Source of the DNA: Hyphomicrobiales bacterium
Lineage (GTDB): Bacteria; Pseudomonadota; Alphaproteobacteria; Rhizobiales; TMED25
Direction of reading: 5' to 3'
Length of the DNA stretch: 64,000 nucleotides
Assembly: GCA_038131735.1 (NCBI GenBank)
Contig: JAYPPX010000001.1
Span: 1,274,920-1,338,919, forward strand
The translations under genes were made by a program, and so were the position numbers. Below, one piece after another: positions 1 through 9,344 of the stretch. Position 1 is the first letter of the stretch; every line of letters begins with the position of its first letter. The notes beneath the pieces are model-generated. The model saw nothing but the letters and a program-made list of their open reading frames with translations, ran no database searches and had not been told where the DNA came from.

Positions 1-1
1 C

Positions 2-145
2 AAAAAAGCTTATAATCTTGTTAATTTAGATAAAAAAACAGAATACGAAAGTATATTAAATATCTCCGATAAATGGAGGCCATACAGAACTGTTGCAACA
101 TGGTACCTATGGCAAATGATTGATGACGAGCTGGTAGAATATTGA
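2..145 (+). CDS. 3' end of AlkA-family DNA-3-methyladenine glycosylase (partial, runs in from window edge)
   Basis: Not in ORF track. Frame 2 is open from base 2 to TGA 143-145 and reads KKAYNL...SDKWRPYRTVATWYLWQMIDDELVEY*; WRPYRxxAxxYLW is the typical AlkA/HhH-GPD C-terminus. Stop overlaps the next start (TTGA). Confidence 0.8.
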   Translation, partial: KKAYNLVNLDKKTEYESILNISDKWRPYRTVATWYLWQMIDDELVEY

Positions 146-546
146 ATATTAAAAAAAAAATACCCCAATTAATGATATTCATAATTTTAATATCTATCTC
201 ATATTTCATATTTCATACAAAAACAATTTGTGATGATGTTGATGGTGTGACGCAAAATGGTATTTTATATTTAAAGGGGTCAACAAAACCCTTTACTGGT
301 AAAAGTTTGTGTATTTGGGATACAGCAAATGTCACATGGTATAAAGGTAAATATCAAGACGGGTTAAAAGAAGGGTTATGGATATTTTATAATAAAAATT
401 CTACCAAGAAATCTGAAACAAATTATAGCGCGGGTAAAATGAATGGTTTAAGGAAAGTCTATAATTCACAAAACCAGATCGCATATACTTTAAACTGTAT
501 CGATAATAAATGTGAGCACATAAAGCCAGATATTGACTACAAATAA
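142..546 (+). CDS. Membrane-anchored MORN-variant repeat protein (YwqK-like)
   Basis: N-terminal hydrophobic helix, then KPFTG, YKGKYQDGLKEGLWIFYNKN and NYSAGKMNGLRKVY repeats. Confidence 0.7.
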   Translation: MNIKKKIPQLMIFIILISISYFIFHTKTICDDVDGVTQNGILYLKGSTKPFTGKSLCIWDTANVTWYKGKYQDGLKEGLWIFYNKNSTKKSETNYSAGKMNGLRKVYNSQNQIAYTLNCIDNKCEHIKPDIDYK

Positions 547-596
547 AGTGTTTGTGTAAGATGGTAAATCAATAAATATGAAATTCAGAGGTCAAG

Positions 597-2075
597 ATGA
601 GTGAAAAAGTTACAGATCATAAAATGATTATTAATGGTGATTTTGTTGATAGTGTTAGCAAACAAAAAATAGAAATAGAATGCCCAGCTAACAAACAAAT
701 TTTTGCAACTGTTCCTCGAGGAATAAAAGAGGATGTTGATATAGCTGTAAAATCATCATTAATTGCATTTCAATCTTGGTCTAAGGTTAATCCAAAAGAG
801 CGAGGTAAGATACTTCTAAATATAGCTGATGATATAGATGATCAAAAAGAAGAAATAGCAAAGATAATCGCAAAAGAAACTGGTAATGCTATAAGAACCC
901 AAGCTAGACCCGAAATTAATCTTGTTGTTGATATTTTCAGATATTTCGGTGGTTTATCATCTGAACTCAAGGGAGAAACAATTCCACTTGGTGAACACGT
1001 GCTAAGTTACACAAGGAGAGAACCCTTGGGAGTTGTTGGGGCTATTATTCCTTGGAATGCCCCAGTAATGCTTGCTGCTTGTAAAATTGCCCCTGCACTA
1101 TGCACGGGTAATACATTAGTGATGAAAGCTGCTGAAGATGCACCACTAGCAGTTTTAAAAGTTGCAGAAATTTGTCAGAAACATATTCCACCAGGTGTAT
1201 TTAATTTAATAACTGGAACTGGTCCTGAGTGTGGTGAACCGCTAGCGTATCATCCTGATATAAGTAAACTTTCATTTACTGGTTCCACTGCTGTTGGAAA
1301 GTTGATTATGAGAGCGGCCGCTGAGAGAGTATTGCCTGTATCACTTGAACTTGGCGGAAAAAGTCCATCAATCGTGTATCCTGATGTAAACGAAGATTGG
1401 ACAGTTGATGGAATAATCGGTGCAATGCGTTTCACAAGACAAAGCCAATCTTGTACAGCAGGATCAAGACTGTTCTTGCATAAAAGAATATTCGATAGCT
1501 TTATTGAGCAATTAGCAAATAAATTAGATAATTTAATAATTGGTGATCCTTTAGATGACAAGACTGATATGGGAACAATTATAAATAACAAACAGTATAC
1601 TAAAGTTTGTGATTATATTAAAGATGGACTAGATAATAAAGAAACAGAAGTAATATGCGGAGGACTACCTCCAAAAGATGGACCTTTGAGTGAAGGATAT
1701 TTCACAATACCAACCATATTTCGTAATAAGTCTAATGAATGGCGTTTGGCAAAAGAAGAAATATTTGGGCCAGTCCTTGTCGCCATCCCTTGGGAGGATG
1801 AAAATGAAGTCATCAAAATGGCAAATGAAAGTCACTATGGTCTAGCAGCCTATGTTTGGACAAGAGATATAACAAGAGGTATTAATGCTGCACACGCAAT
1901 AGAGTCTGGTTGGGTGCAGGTAAATCAAGGTTTAGGTCAAGTACCCGGACATTCCTATGGTGGTTATAAACAATCAGGTCTTGGAAGAGAATTTTCGTTA
2001 GAAGGAATGCTGGACAGTTTTACCCAAAGAAAAAATATCAGCATTAACTTAAATACACCACCTAAAGAGCTTTAA
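597..2075 (+). CDS. NAD(P)-dependent aldehyde dehydrogenase
   Basis: IIPWNAP, FTGST, ELGGKSP, catalytic Cys in QSCTAGSR, EEIFGPV. Confidence 0.95.
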   Translation: MSEKVTDHKMIINGDFVDSVSKQKIEIECPANKQIFATVPRGIKEDVDIAVKSSLIAFQSWSKVNPKERGKILLNIADDIDDQKEEIAKIIAKETGNAIRTQARPEINLVVDIFRYFGGLSSELKGETIPLGEHVLSYTRREPLGVVGAIIPWNAPVMLAACKIAPALCTGNTLVMKAAEDAPLAVLKVAEICQKHIPPGVFNLITGTGPECGEPLAYHPDISKLSFTGSTAVGKLIMRAAAERVLPVSLELGGKSPSIVYPDVNEDWTVDGIIGAMRFTRQSQSCTAGSRLFLHKRIFDSFIEQLANKLDNLIIGDPLDDKTDMGTIINNKQYTKVCDYIKDGLDNKETEVICGGLPPKDGPLSEGYFTIPTIFRNKSNEWRLAKEEIFGPVLVAIPWEDENEVIKMANESHYGLAAYVWTRDITRGINAAHAIESGWVQVNQGLGQVPGHSYGGYKQSGLGREFSLEGMLDSFTQRKNISINLNTPPKEL

Positions 2076-2077
2076 TA

Positions 2078-2875
2078 ATGCTGACATTATTCCACTATGA
2101 TAGGACTAGTGCCGCGCAAAGAGTAAGACTTTATCTTGAAGAAAAGGGGTTACCTTGGGAAAGTGTCATTGTTGATACTGCATTGGGCGATGTTGATCAA
2201 TTACCAGAAAATTTCCATAAGTTAAACCCCAAGGGTCTTGTTCCAGTCATAATACATGATGATATCGCAATACCAGAGTCACAAGTAATAATAGAATACC
2301 TCGAAGATACATTTGGAGGAACACCAACACTTAGACCTGAAAATTCTCGAGATCTTGCACAAATGCGATTATGGATGAGAAAAATTGATGAAGGCATTCA
2401 TGTCGCAAGCCGGACAATTGGAGTTTGTCTTGTAAACAGACATATATACAAAAAAAAGGATCCAAAAAAGATAGAAAAATATTACTCAGAAATGAAAGAT
2501 AAAGTACGCAAGAAAAATGATCAAATAAATATTGAGTTGGGAATAGAGTCTCCTCTTCTTGAAGAGGCAATGATAGAATTTAAATTACTTTTTACAGAAA
2601 TGAATTCCTATCTATCTACCCACGATTGGCTAGCGGGTGATACATATTCACTAGCAGATATTTCTTTTGTTGTTTATCTCCATAGACTGGATTCTTTTAT
2701 GATGAGACCCCTCTGGAAGAATATGAAATATCTTGATGATTGGTATGATAGAATAAAATCAAGACCAGCTTACAAAAGGGCAATTTATGATTGGGGTGAT
2801 AAGACAGCTGGGCAAAGAGCGGAAAATGGGGAAAAAGCTTATTCAAAAATTTTAGAGTACTGGAATAAAGTATAA
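2078..2875 (+). CDS. Glutathione S-transferase family protein
   Basis: KLNPKGLVPV, ESQVIIEYLED, WLAGDTYSLADI, RIKSRPAY. Confidence 0.9.
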   Translation: MLTLFHYDRTSAAQRVRLYLEEKGLPWESVIVDTALGDVDQLPENFHKLNPKGLVPVIIHDDIAIPESQVIIEYLEDTFGGTPTLRPENSRDLAQMRLWMRKIDEGIHVASRTIGVCLVNRHIYKKKDPKKIEKYYSEMKDKVRKKNDQINIELGIESPLLEEAMIEFKLLFTEMNSYLSTHDWLAGDTYSLADISFVVYLHRLDSFMMRPLWKNMKYLDDWYDRIKSRPAYKRAIYDWGDKTAGQRAENGEKAYSKILEYWNKV

Positions 2876-3862
2876 CTACCCAATATATGACAATAATTCT
2901 TTACCTAAATGCGTACCACTTAGGTAGGCGGCCTCAATACGTCCTTGAATAAACCAGTCACCACATAAACCAATCTGGTTTTCATTATTTAAAAAATATT
3001 CGAATCCTTTTTTTTGTTTCATAATGTTCGCATATCTCCAACCCTGTAATCCAATATATTCAGCCTTTTCCGTTTTTATAGGAATTATTTTCTTTAATTC
3101 GTCGCATAGATAATCTTTCACCCAATCACGGTCTTTTTCAATATTTTCCTGTGCCCATTTATTTGTGGAGTGAACTAATAAAGTATAGTTGTTATCTCTT
3201 GATGGTTTTGATGAATTTACAGAAATCCAGCTAATATCAAATCCTTTAACTAATGCTGCATCAAAGTCTAATTCTAATGGCTGTTCATAGCCAAGCATTA
3301 GTGAAAAACAAGCGAGCATTTCATATTCTTTAATATTAGGAAATATCACGTTGAGATCTGGAATCATTTGTTGTGCCTGCAGTGGAGGTATTGAAGAGAT
3401 AACCCAATCATATTCTCCCAAAGCTTCATTATTTTCATCGTAAACAACCCACTTATCTTCTTTAGAAATTTTTTCAACTTTTTTAGATAACTGAACATTC
3501 AAACCTTCGGCCATGTATTTACCAATAGAATTCATCGACGGAGTCCCAACATAATTCGCTGGATCATTACCCCAGGTTCGCTTATTGGTTATTTTGCCGT
3601 CGATAATTTCTATAAAGCGTGCTTCCCACAGTTTAATAATATTCTGATCAAGCATTGGTTGAATATAATTATGAAATTCTAGAGTTTTTACTTTAAAGAA
3701 TTGTGCCCCATGATCAAAATTAAAATCGTTAGCTCTTCTTGTTGCAACGCGACCACCAAAACCACGTGATTTTTCAAAAAGCTCAATTTCTGCATTATTT
3801 TTTATCGTATTAGCAAGAGCTAAACCAGAAATACCCGCACCAATGATTGCAATCTTGACCAT
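2876..3862 (-). CDS. Renalase-like FAD/NAD(P)-dependent oxidoreductase
   Basis: IIGAGISG, FEKSRGFGGRVATRR, FDHGAQFF, WRYA, CGDW...IEAAYLSG. Confidence 0.9.
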   Translation of the reverse strand: MVKIAIIGAGISGLALANTIKNNAEIELFEKSRGFGGRVATRRANDFNFDHGAQFFKVKTLEFHNYIQPMLDQNIIKLWEARFIEIIDGKITNKRTWGNDPANYVGTPSMNSIGKYMAEGLNVQLSKKVEKISKEDKWVVYDENNEALGEYDWVISSIPPLQAQQMIPDLNVIFPNIKEYEMLACFSLMLGYEQPLELDFDAALVKGFDISWISVNSSKPSRDNNYTLLVHSTNKWAQENIEKDRDWVKDYLCDELKKIIPIKTEKAEYIGLQGWRYANIMKQKKGFEYFLNNENQIGLCGDWFIQGRIEAAYLSGTHLGKELLSYIG

Positions 3863-3891
3863 GATATAATTTATTTATTAATAATGATGAA

Positions 3892-4332
3892 TTACAAGCC
3901 TGAGATAAGTTGTTCTAACTTCTTCTTACTTTTCCCAACAACCTTAGTAGAAGCTACTTCAGCTAAGTTGCTTTTATCATCATCCACAACAACTATAGCA
4001 ATCATGCCCATACTTTTATGTGGTGAGCATTGATATAAATATATGCCAGGTTCAGTGAATGTAAAGCTAAACTCTTTCCCAACTTTTGATGGCTTTTTGG
4101 GTACATCGGCTTCAGCTGGATGTGCGATGAATTCCACGTTATGCCCAGGTGATGTTGGTAACCAGTTGATTGTATCATTTGAGTTGATGTATACGACATC
4201 TTGTGAGTAGACCATTTTTTCTCCATCACTTCTTTTGTTTAGCATATCAATATCTAACTGGGCTGACTGTACATTACTATTCAATGCTAAAAAAATAATT
4301 GCAGATAGCGAAAACATAAAAAATTTATTCAT
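3892..4332 (-). CDS. Pseudoazurin (type 1 blue copper protein), secreted
   Basis: Signal peptide, DMLNK, GHNV, and YQCSPHKSMGM giving His/Cys/His/Met copper ligands. Confidence 0.9.
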   Translation of the reverse strand: MNKFFMFSLSAIIFLALNSNVQSAQLDIDMLNKRSDGEKMVYSQDVVYINSNDTINWLPTSPGHNVEFIAHPAEADVPKKPSKVGKEFSFTFTEPGIYLYQCSPHKSMGMIAIVVVDDDKSNLAEVASTKVVGKSKKKLEQLISGL

Positions 4333-4399
4333 TAGTACCTCTTTTTTCCAATATTAGAGAAACGTATAACCTATGTAATAAGATTATAATAATGCAACC

Positions 4400-5053
4400 T
4401 CATGGTTTATTTACTTTAATAGGATATTTTCTATCTGGATAACAAGTTCTGCAAATTTCACACACAACACCAAAGCATGACCTTGCCTGACAAAATTCTC
4501 TGGCATAAAAAATTATTTGAAGATGTAACTTATTCCATAGACTCTCAGGGAATAATTTTTTCAAATCACGTTCTGTTTGAATTACATTCTTTCCAGCAGT
4601 TAAACCCCAACGCTGAGCGCATCTGTGTATGTGGGTATCGACTGGAAATGCGGGAAAGCCATGTCCTTGAGACATAACAACAGATGCTGTTTTATGTCCA
4701 ACACCTGGTAATCTCTCTAACTCCTCAAATGTGCATGGTACATTACAATTATATTCATCAATTAATATCTTTGAGAGTTCCTTTATTGCGGACGATTTTT
4801 GGGGTGCAAGTCCGCAAGGCTTTATTATTTCATAGATCGTATCTATGTCTAATTTATTCATATCAATGGGATTATCTGCTAATCTAAATAAATGCGGTGT
4901 TACTTGGTTCACTCTGAGGTCCGTGCATTGTGCACTAAGCAATACTGATATCAAAAGTTCAAATATATTCCTATGATCAAGTGGTATGGGTGGATTGGGG
5001 TAAATTCTATCTAGTATAAGTATGATATTTTTTACACGCTCGGCTTTAATCAT
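4400..5053 (-). CDS. nth: Endonuclease III (HhH-GPD DNA glycosylase/AP lyase)
   Basis: LLSAQCTD, LPGVGHKTA HhH motif, FPVDTHIHR, C-terminal Cys cluster. Confidence 0.95.
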   Translation of the reverse strand: MIKAERVKNIILILDRIYPNPPIPLDHRNIFELLISVLLSAQCTDLRVNQVTPHLFRLADNPIDMNKLDIDTIYEIIKPCGLAPQKSSAIKELSKILIDEYNCNVPCTFEELERLPGVGHKTASVVMSQGHGFPAFPVDTHIHRCAQRWGLTAGKNVIQTERDLKKLFPESLWNKLHLQIIFYAREFCQARSCFGVVCEICRTCYPDRKYPIKVNKP

Positions 5054-5125
5054 TTGTATTTTAACTTACAGTTATTGGATTTAGTTATTATAATCACTTT
5101 TCTAGTCCAATAAAGGATATATGAA

Positions 5126-5563
5126 ATGTTTAGGATTTTGATATTTTATTTTATTTTCTTAGTTTCAACCCAAAATACATTTAGTAAAGAAATACATTGT
5201 TCTATTGATAAAGTCACTGTAATTGACGCAGATACACTAAAATTTTGTGATCTAAAAATAAGACTAAATGGAATATCAGCAGCAGAAAGAGGCCACATAA
5301 CTTATGATTCTTGTAAAATTATCACAAAAAAAATAATCCATAAATCAGATGAAATTTCCTGCGAATTGACTGGAGAAAAAACATATGATCGTTTTGTTGG
5401 AATATGTAAATTAATAAACAATAATATTATTTATGATTTGCAAGAAAAGATCGTAGAAAGTGGCTGCGCTAGAGATTGTGAAAGATACTCTGATGGAAGA
5501 TACGCGAAATTCGAGACAGATAAATCAAGAAATTTACCTTTACCAAATTATTGTAATAAATAA
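5126..5563 (+). CDS. Thermonuclease (SNase-like) family protein, secreted
   Basis: Signal peptide, VIDADTL, IRLNGISAAE, YDRFVG. Confidence 0.85.
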   Translation: MFRILIFYFIFLVSTQNTFSKEIHCSIDKVTVIDADTLKFCDLKIRLNGISAAERGHITYDSCKIITKKIIHKSDEISCELTGEKTYDRFVGICKLINNNIIYDLQEKIVESGCARDCERYSDGRYAKFETDKSRNLPLPNYCNK

Positions 5564-5605
5564 ATTAGACATTTTAAATTATGATATGATATGTTCCTAG
5601 AATAT

Positions 5606-5681
5606 GGGGCCATAGCTCAGCTGGGAGAGCGCTTCGCTGGCAGCGAAGAGGTCGGGGGTTCGAGCCCCCCTGGCTCCACCA
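5606..5681 (+). tRNA. tRNA-Ala (GGC)
   Basis: GGGGCCATAGCTCAGCTGGGAGAGCG...; anticodon arm CTTCG-CTGGCAG-CGAAG; GTTCGA T-loop; G3:U70 pair; ends CCA; 76 nt. Confidence 0.97.
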
Positions 5682-5707
5682 AATGCCTAAATTTTAGGCA
5701 TTTATTT
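5681..5707 (+). terminator. Probable intrinsic terminator after tRNA-Ala
   Basis: AAATGCCTA-aattt-TAGGCATTT inverted repeat followed by a T-rich tract. Confidence 0.7.
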
Positions 5708-5734
5708 GACTGATGACACAAAAAAGCCTAAAAT
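5706..5734 (+). promoter_or_regulatory. Sigma70-like promoter for the coiled-coil gene
   Basis: TTGACT-N17-TAAAAT, 50 nt upstream of the ATG at 5784, which has a GAGGAG SD at 5771-5776. Confidence 0.6.
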
Positions 5735-5783
5735 ATCTTTTACTTTAAATTCTATTATAAATTAATGTGTGAGGAGAATAATT

Positions 5784-7004
5784 ATGAAAAGATTATTTCT
5801 TACTTTAACTATAATATTAGCCTTACCACTGACTATTATTAGTGTTGCAAAGGCTGACATATACGATGATTTGCAGAGTGTTTTCCTTGCTGATGATCAA
5901 ATATTATATGATGAGACGATGTCAGCACTTGAATCACAACTTAACCCTTTACAGATAGCGTATAATGAGAGTGAATTAAGTTATAATTCAATCAATGATG
6001 ATTATAATCTTCTCATTGATGAACAGATACAAATTGAAACAGAATTAATAGCATTAGAAACAACAATTGATAGTTTAATCCAAGAGCAAGATTTACTTGA
6101 AAATAATTACAACGACTTGAATCTAAACCTTCTTGCAAAGGAAACTGAACTAGAGAGTTATCTCCAAATATTTTCTGTTCTCTCTCCAGAGGATCCAGAA
6201 TATTCTGAGTTTCAGAATAGGATTAATTTAGCAGAATCAGATATTGCAGATTTATCAACTTCTGTAGATGAAACACAATTATTGATAGATGCAAATCTAC
6301 AAAATTTAGAAACAACATCTTTATCACAAATTGAGATTGAAAATGCTCTCAATATACTTACTGGGGACATTGAAATATCCTCAGCTAATTTATCAAGCGC
6401 TCTAGAGTTATTTGAATTAGCTGGTAGTGAATTAAATTCTCTACTAGATCAGATAAACCAAACTGATGTTTTATATAATTCAGAGCTAACTGCTGTAACT
6501 AATCAACTTCTCGAACTAAATGAAGATCAGCTGGATGCTCTGAATAGATCCTTAAAGAATGTTTATGATAAGGAAGACAGAGTTCTGCTGATAAGTTCCG
6601 ATGATCTCTCTTTAATCATAGAAAATGATTACAACAAAAAACAGATTAATGATCTGACGAAAGCATACGAAATAGAGGAGAAATTTATTTCTAAAGGATA
6701 TGATCTTCTTCTAAAGGCTGAAGAAAAGAATAATGATAAGTTTCTTGAGTTAGCACAAAAGGCCTTCGATAATGCAGATAAGCAAAAATCTAAATTTTTA
6801 GAAAGAATTGAAAAAGAAGAGATCAAAAAAGAAAAGAAAGCTTCAGATACAGCTAAGAAAGCTGAAAAGAAAGCTTCAGATACAGCTAAGAAAGCTGAAA
6901 AGAAAGCTTCAGATACAGCTAAGAAAGCTGAAAAGAAAGCTTCAGATAAAGCAAAGAAAGCTGAAAAGAAAGCAGCCAAAGAAGCAAAAAAGAAAGATAA
7001 GTAG
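5784..7004 (+). CDS. Secreted hypothetical protein: acidic coiled coil plus Lys/Ala-rich repeat tail
   Basis: SD-supported ATG at 5784 (track start 5769); signal peptide ending VAKA; heptad-like Leu/Ile pattern; C-terminal EKKASDTAKKA repeats. Confidence 0.8.
   Translation: MKRLFLTLTIILALPLTIISVAKADIYDDLQSVFLADDQILYDETMSALESQLNPLQIAYNESELSYNSINDDYNLLIDEQIQIETELIALETTIDSLIQEQDLLENNYNDLNLNLLAKETELESYLQIFSVLSPEDPEYSEFQNRINLAESDIADLSTSVDETQLLIDANLQNLETTSLSQIEIENALNILTGDIEISSANLSSALELFELAGSELNSLLDQINQTDVLYNSELTAVTNQLLELNEDQLDALNRSLKNVYDKEDRVLLISSDDLSLIIENDYNKKQINDLTKAYEIEEKFISKGYDLLLKAEEKNNDKFLELAQKAFDNADKQKSKFLERIEKEEIKKEKKASDTAKKAEKKASDTAKKAEKKASDTAKKAEKKASDKAKKAEKKAAKEAKKKDK
6831..6973 (+). 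repeat. 33-bp coding tandem repeat (~4.3 copies)
   Basis: GAAAAGAAAGCTTCAGATACAGCTAAGAAAGCT perfect at 6831, 6864 and 6897; 2-mismatch copy at 6930; partial copy at 6963. Confidence 0.95.
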
Positions 7005-7047
7005 CTCTCTACTTTTCAGTCAAGAAAAAATATGTCATACTTTTTGA

Positions 7048-8800
7048 ATGAGTTTTGAACAAGTTAAAAAGTATGACAACCTATTATCTGTATTCAGAGA
7101 AAAATCGTCAGTAAATTCAGATAAACCTTATCTATGGTCAAAACAAAATTCTGATTATGTATCCTTTTAGCTGGGCACAAACTTACAAGGCAATAAATAA
7201 CCTCGCCAACTATCTTAAATCAATTGGTATTAAAAATGATGCAAGGGTCATGCTTGTCTCTGAAAATAGACCCGAATGGCAGATAAGCGATATTGCTATA
7301 ATGGCGGCAGATGGTGTAACTGTTCCAGCATATACAACTATAACATCTCAAGATTATGAATATATAATAAACCATTCTGAGTCTATGGTTATAATTGTTT
7401 CTAACCAATCCTTGTTTGAAAAAGTTGCCAATGCAATAAACAAATTAAAGAAAACAATTCATGTAATTCTTATAGATGATTTCGTTACCGAAACATCTGA
7501 TTATATAAAATTACATAATTGGGTTGATATTCAAAAGGAAGCTGGTGAAAATGCAATTGATTTAATAGAAATAGAGTCAAATAGAAAAGTTAGAACGGAT
7601 CTCTCTTGTATTATATATACATCAGGTACATCAGGTTTCCCAAAAGGTGTTATGTTAAGTCATGGTTCTATATTACATAATTGTGAGGGTGCCTATAAAA
7701 TATTGAGACCAGCATTAGAACATATAGAAGATGTATTATTCCTATCTTGGCTTCCATTATCGCATTCATATGAGCATACACTTCAATTTTATAATTTATA
7801 TTCAGGAAACCAAATATACTATGCCGAAGGAATTGATAAACTTCTCCAAAATTTAGCTGAAGTAAAACCACACCTAATGTCTGCAGTACCAAGATTTTAT
7901 GAAAACTTACTTCAGAGAATTTCTACACAAATAAATAAAGAAAGTAAAATTAAACAAAGACTTTTTTATGACACTATAGCTCTTGGTAAAGAACATTACG
8001 AAAAAGGAAAACTACCCATATTCAAATCTATCTACAACAAGATACTATCCAAACTTGTCAGAAAAAAAACTGGAAATAGATTTGGTGGCCGTCTCGTCGG
8101 ATTAATTTCGGGGGGAGCTGCTCTAAACTATGATGTAGGTATTTCACTCTACTCGCTGGGTATCCCAATTTATCAAGGTTATGGGCAGACAGAAAGCGGG
8201 CCCGTGATTTCAGTAAACTACCCAGGTCAAAATAAAATTAATACCGTAGGACCCTTACTTCCGAACACAGAAGTAAAAATATCTGATGATGGTGAGATCC
8301 TTGTGATAGGTGAGAATGTAATGAATGGATATTTCAGAGATGAAAATGCAACAAAAGCTGCTTTTGATGGAAAATGGTTAAAAACAGGTGATATCGGAGA
8401 GTTTGACAAGGATAACTACTTGGTTATTACGGATCGTATGAAAGATATTATCGTCAACTCTGGCGGTGATAATATTTCTCCCACAAAGATTGAATCATTA
8501 TTAATTATGGAAGAGGGAATTTCACAAGCAATGGTTTTTGGTGATGGTGAAAAATATCTTGTTGCGATTATTGTCACTGATATGGATATAAATGAAAATA
8601 AGGAAAAAACTAAGACAATTATCAATAACTCAATTGAAAAGGTTAATCGAAGTCTCTCAGCAATTGAAAAAATAAAAAATTATGTGCTAATTGATGAAGA
8701 ATTCACAATTGAGAATGAGATGATGACACCATCAATGAAGGTTAGAAGGTTCAAAGTTATTGAAAAATATAAAAAAGAACTAGATGATCTGTATCATTAA
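7048..8800 (+). CDS. Long-chain fatty acid--CoA ligase (FadD15-like AMP-binding), apparent +1 frameshift near 7165
   Basis: YTSGTSGFPKGV, YQGYGQTE, WLKTGDIG, MTPSMKVRR in ORF 7157-8800. An upstream frame from ATG 7048 (MSFEQ...KPYLWSK...DYVSF*) joins it if one T of TTTT 7165-7168 is removed. Confidence 0.85.
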
Positions 8801-8807
8801 CAACTAT

Positions 8808-8936
8808 CTATTTTCTCTGCTGTCTGCATCGTTTTGAACAGTACTTCACTTCCGCCCAATTTAATTTCCATTTTTTACGCCAGGCAAATGGTCGGTTACA
8901 AATCAGACAAATTTTTTGGGGCAGTTCCTTATTCAT
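8808..8936 (-). CDS. DUF2256-like small Cys/Trp-rich protein (42 aa)
   Basis: Below ORF-track cutoff: [42 protein letters not shown]; LPxKxCxxCxRPFxWRKKW...VKYCSxRC signature; start overlaps the upstream gene's end. Confidence 0.9.
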   Translation of the reverse strand: MNKELPQKICLICNRPFAWRKKWKLNWAEVKYCSKRCRQQRK

Positions 8937-9291
8937 TTAGCTGCTTTCTATTTTTTAGATAAAGTAGAAATGATAAAACTTCATATATATAAAAAGCTAT
9001 GAAGTATACTATTTTGTACTCAAGTAATTTTTTAAGGAACTTATATTTATCTAAATTCCCCCAAATTAGAGCAAATGCATCAACTCCAATATGAAATTGA
9101 TTGCCATCAAACACATGCAATCTTCGTAAGATATCTGCCTTATTTTTTAATTTTATATTCTCTGGTAAATTTCTATCATTTAAATCAATGAACTCTAGGT
9201 TCTTTGAAGTTTGTTTTTTGTAATGATTGATTTCCATTCTACAAATAGAACAGGATTCATTATAGATTACACTAATTTTATTTTTACTCAT
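8929..9291 (-). CDS. DCC family (DUF393) putative thiol-disulfide oxidoreductase
   Basis: [14 protein letters not shown] (DxxCxxC-like), [14 protein letters not shown]. Confidence 0.85.
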   Translation of the reverse strand: MSKNKISVIYNESCSICRMEINHYKKQTSKNLEFIDLNDRNLPENIKLKNKADILRRLHVFDGNQFHIGVDAFALIWGNLDKYKFLKKLLEYKIVYFIAFYIYEVLSFLLYLKNRKQLNE

Positions 9292-9294
9292 AAA

Positions 9295-9337
9295 TAGAAA
9301 AAAGATTGCTAGTGGAACATTTATTGTTCCACTAGCA
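9295..9337 (-). terminator. Intrinsic terminator downstream of proteorhodopsin
   Basis: Perfect 13-bp inverted repeat TGCTAGTGGAACA-tttat-TGTTCCACTAGCA (9307-9337), followed on the minus strand by ATCTTTTTT. Confidence 0.85.
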
Positions 9338-9344
9338 TGTTAGA

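Noticed and set aside
142..546. Toxin-antitoxin system from the YwqK-like protein
   Set aside because: No adjacent toxin; neighbours are an AlkA-like glycosylase and an aldehyde dehydrogenase
6831..6973. 33-bp repeats as a CRISPR array
   Set aside because: Head-to-tail with no spacers, in frame within a CDS, and no cas genes in the window
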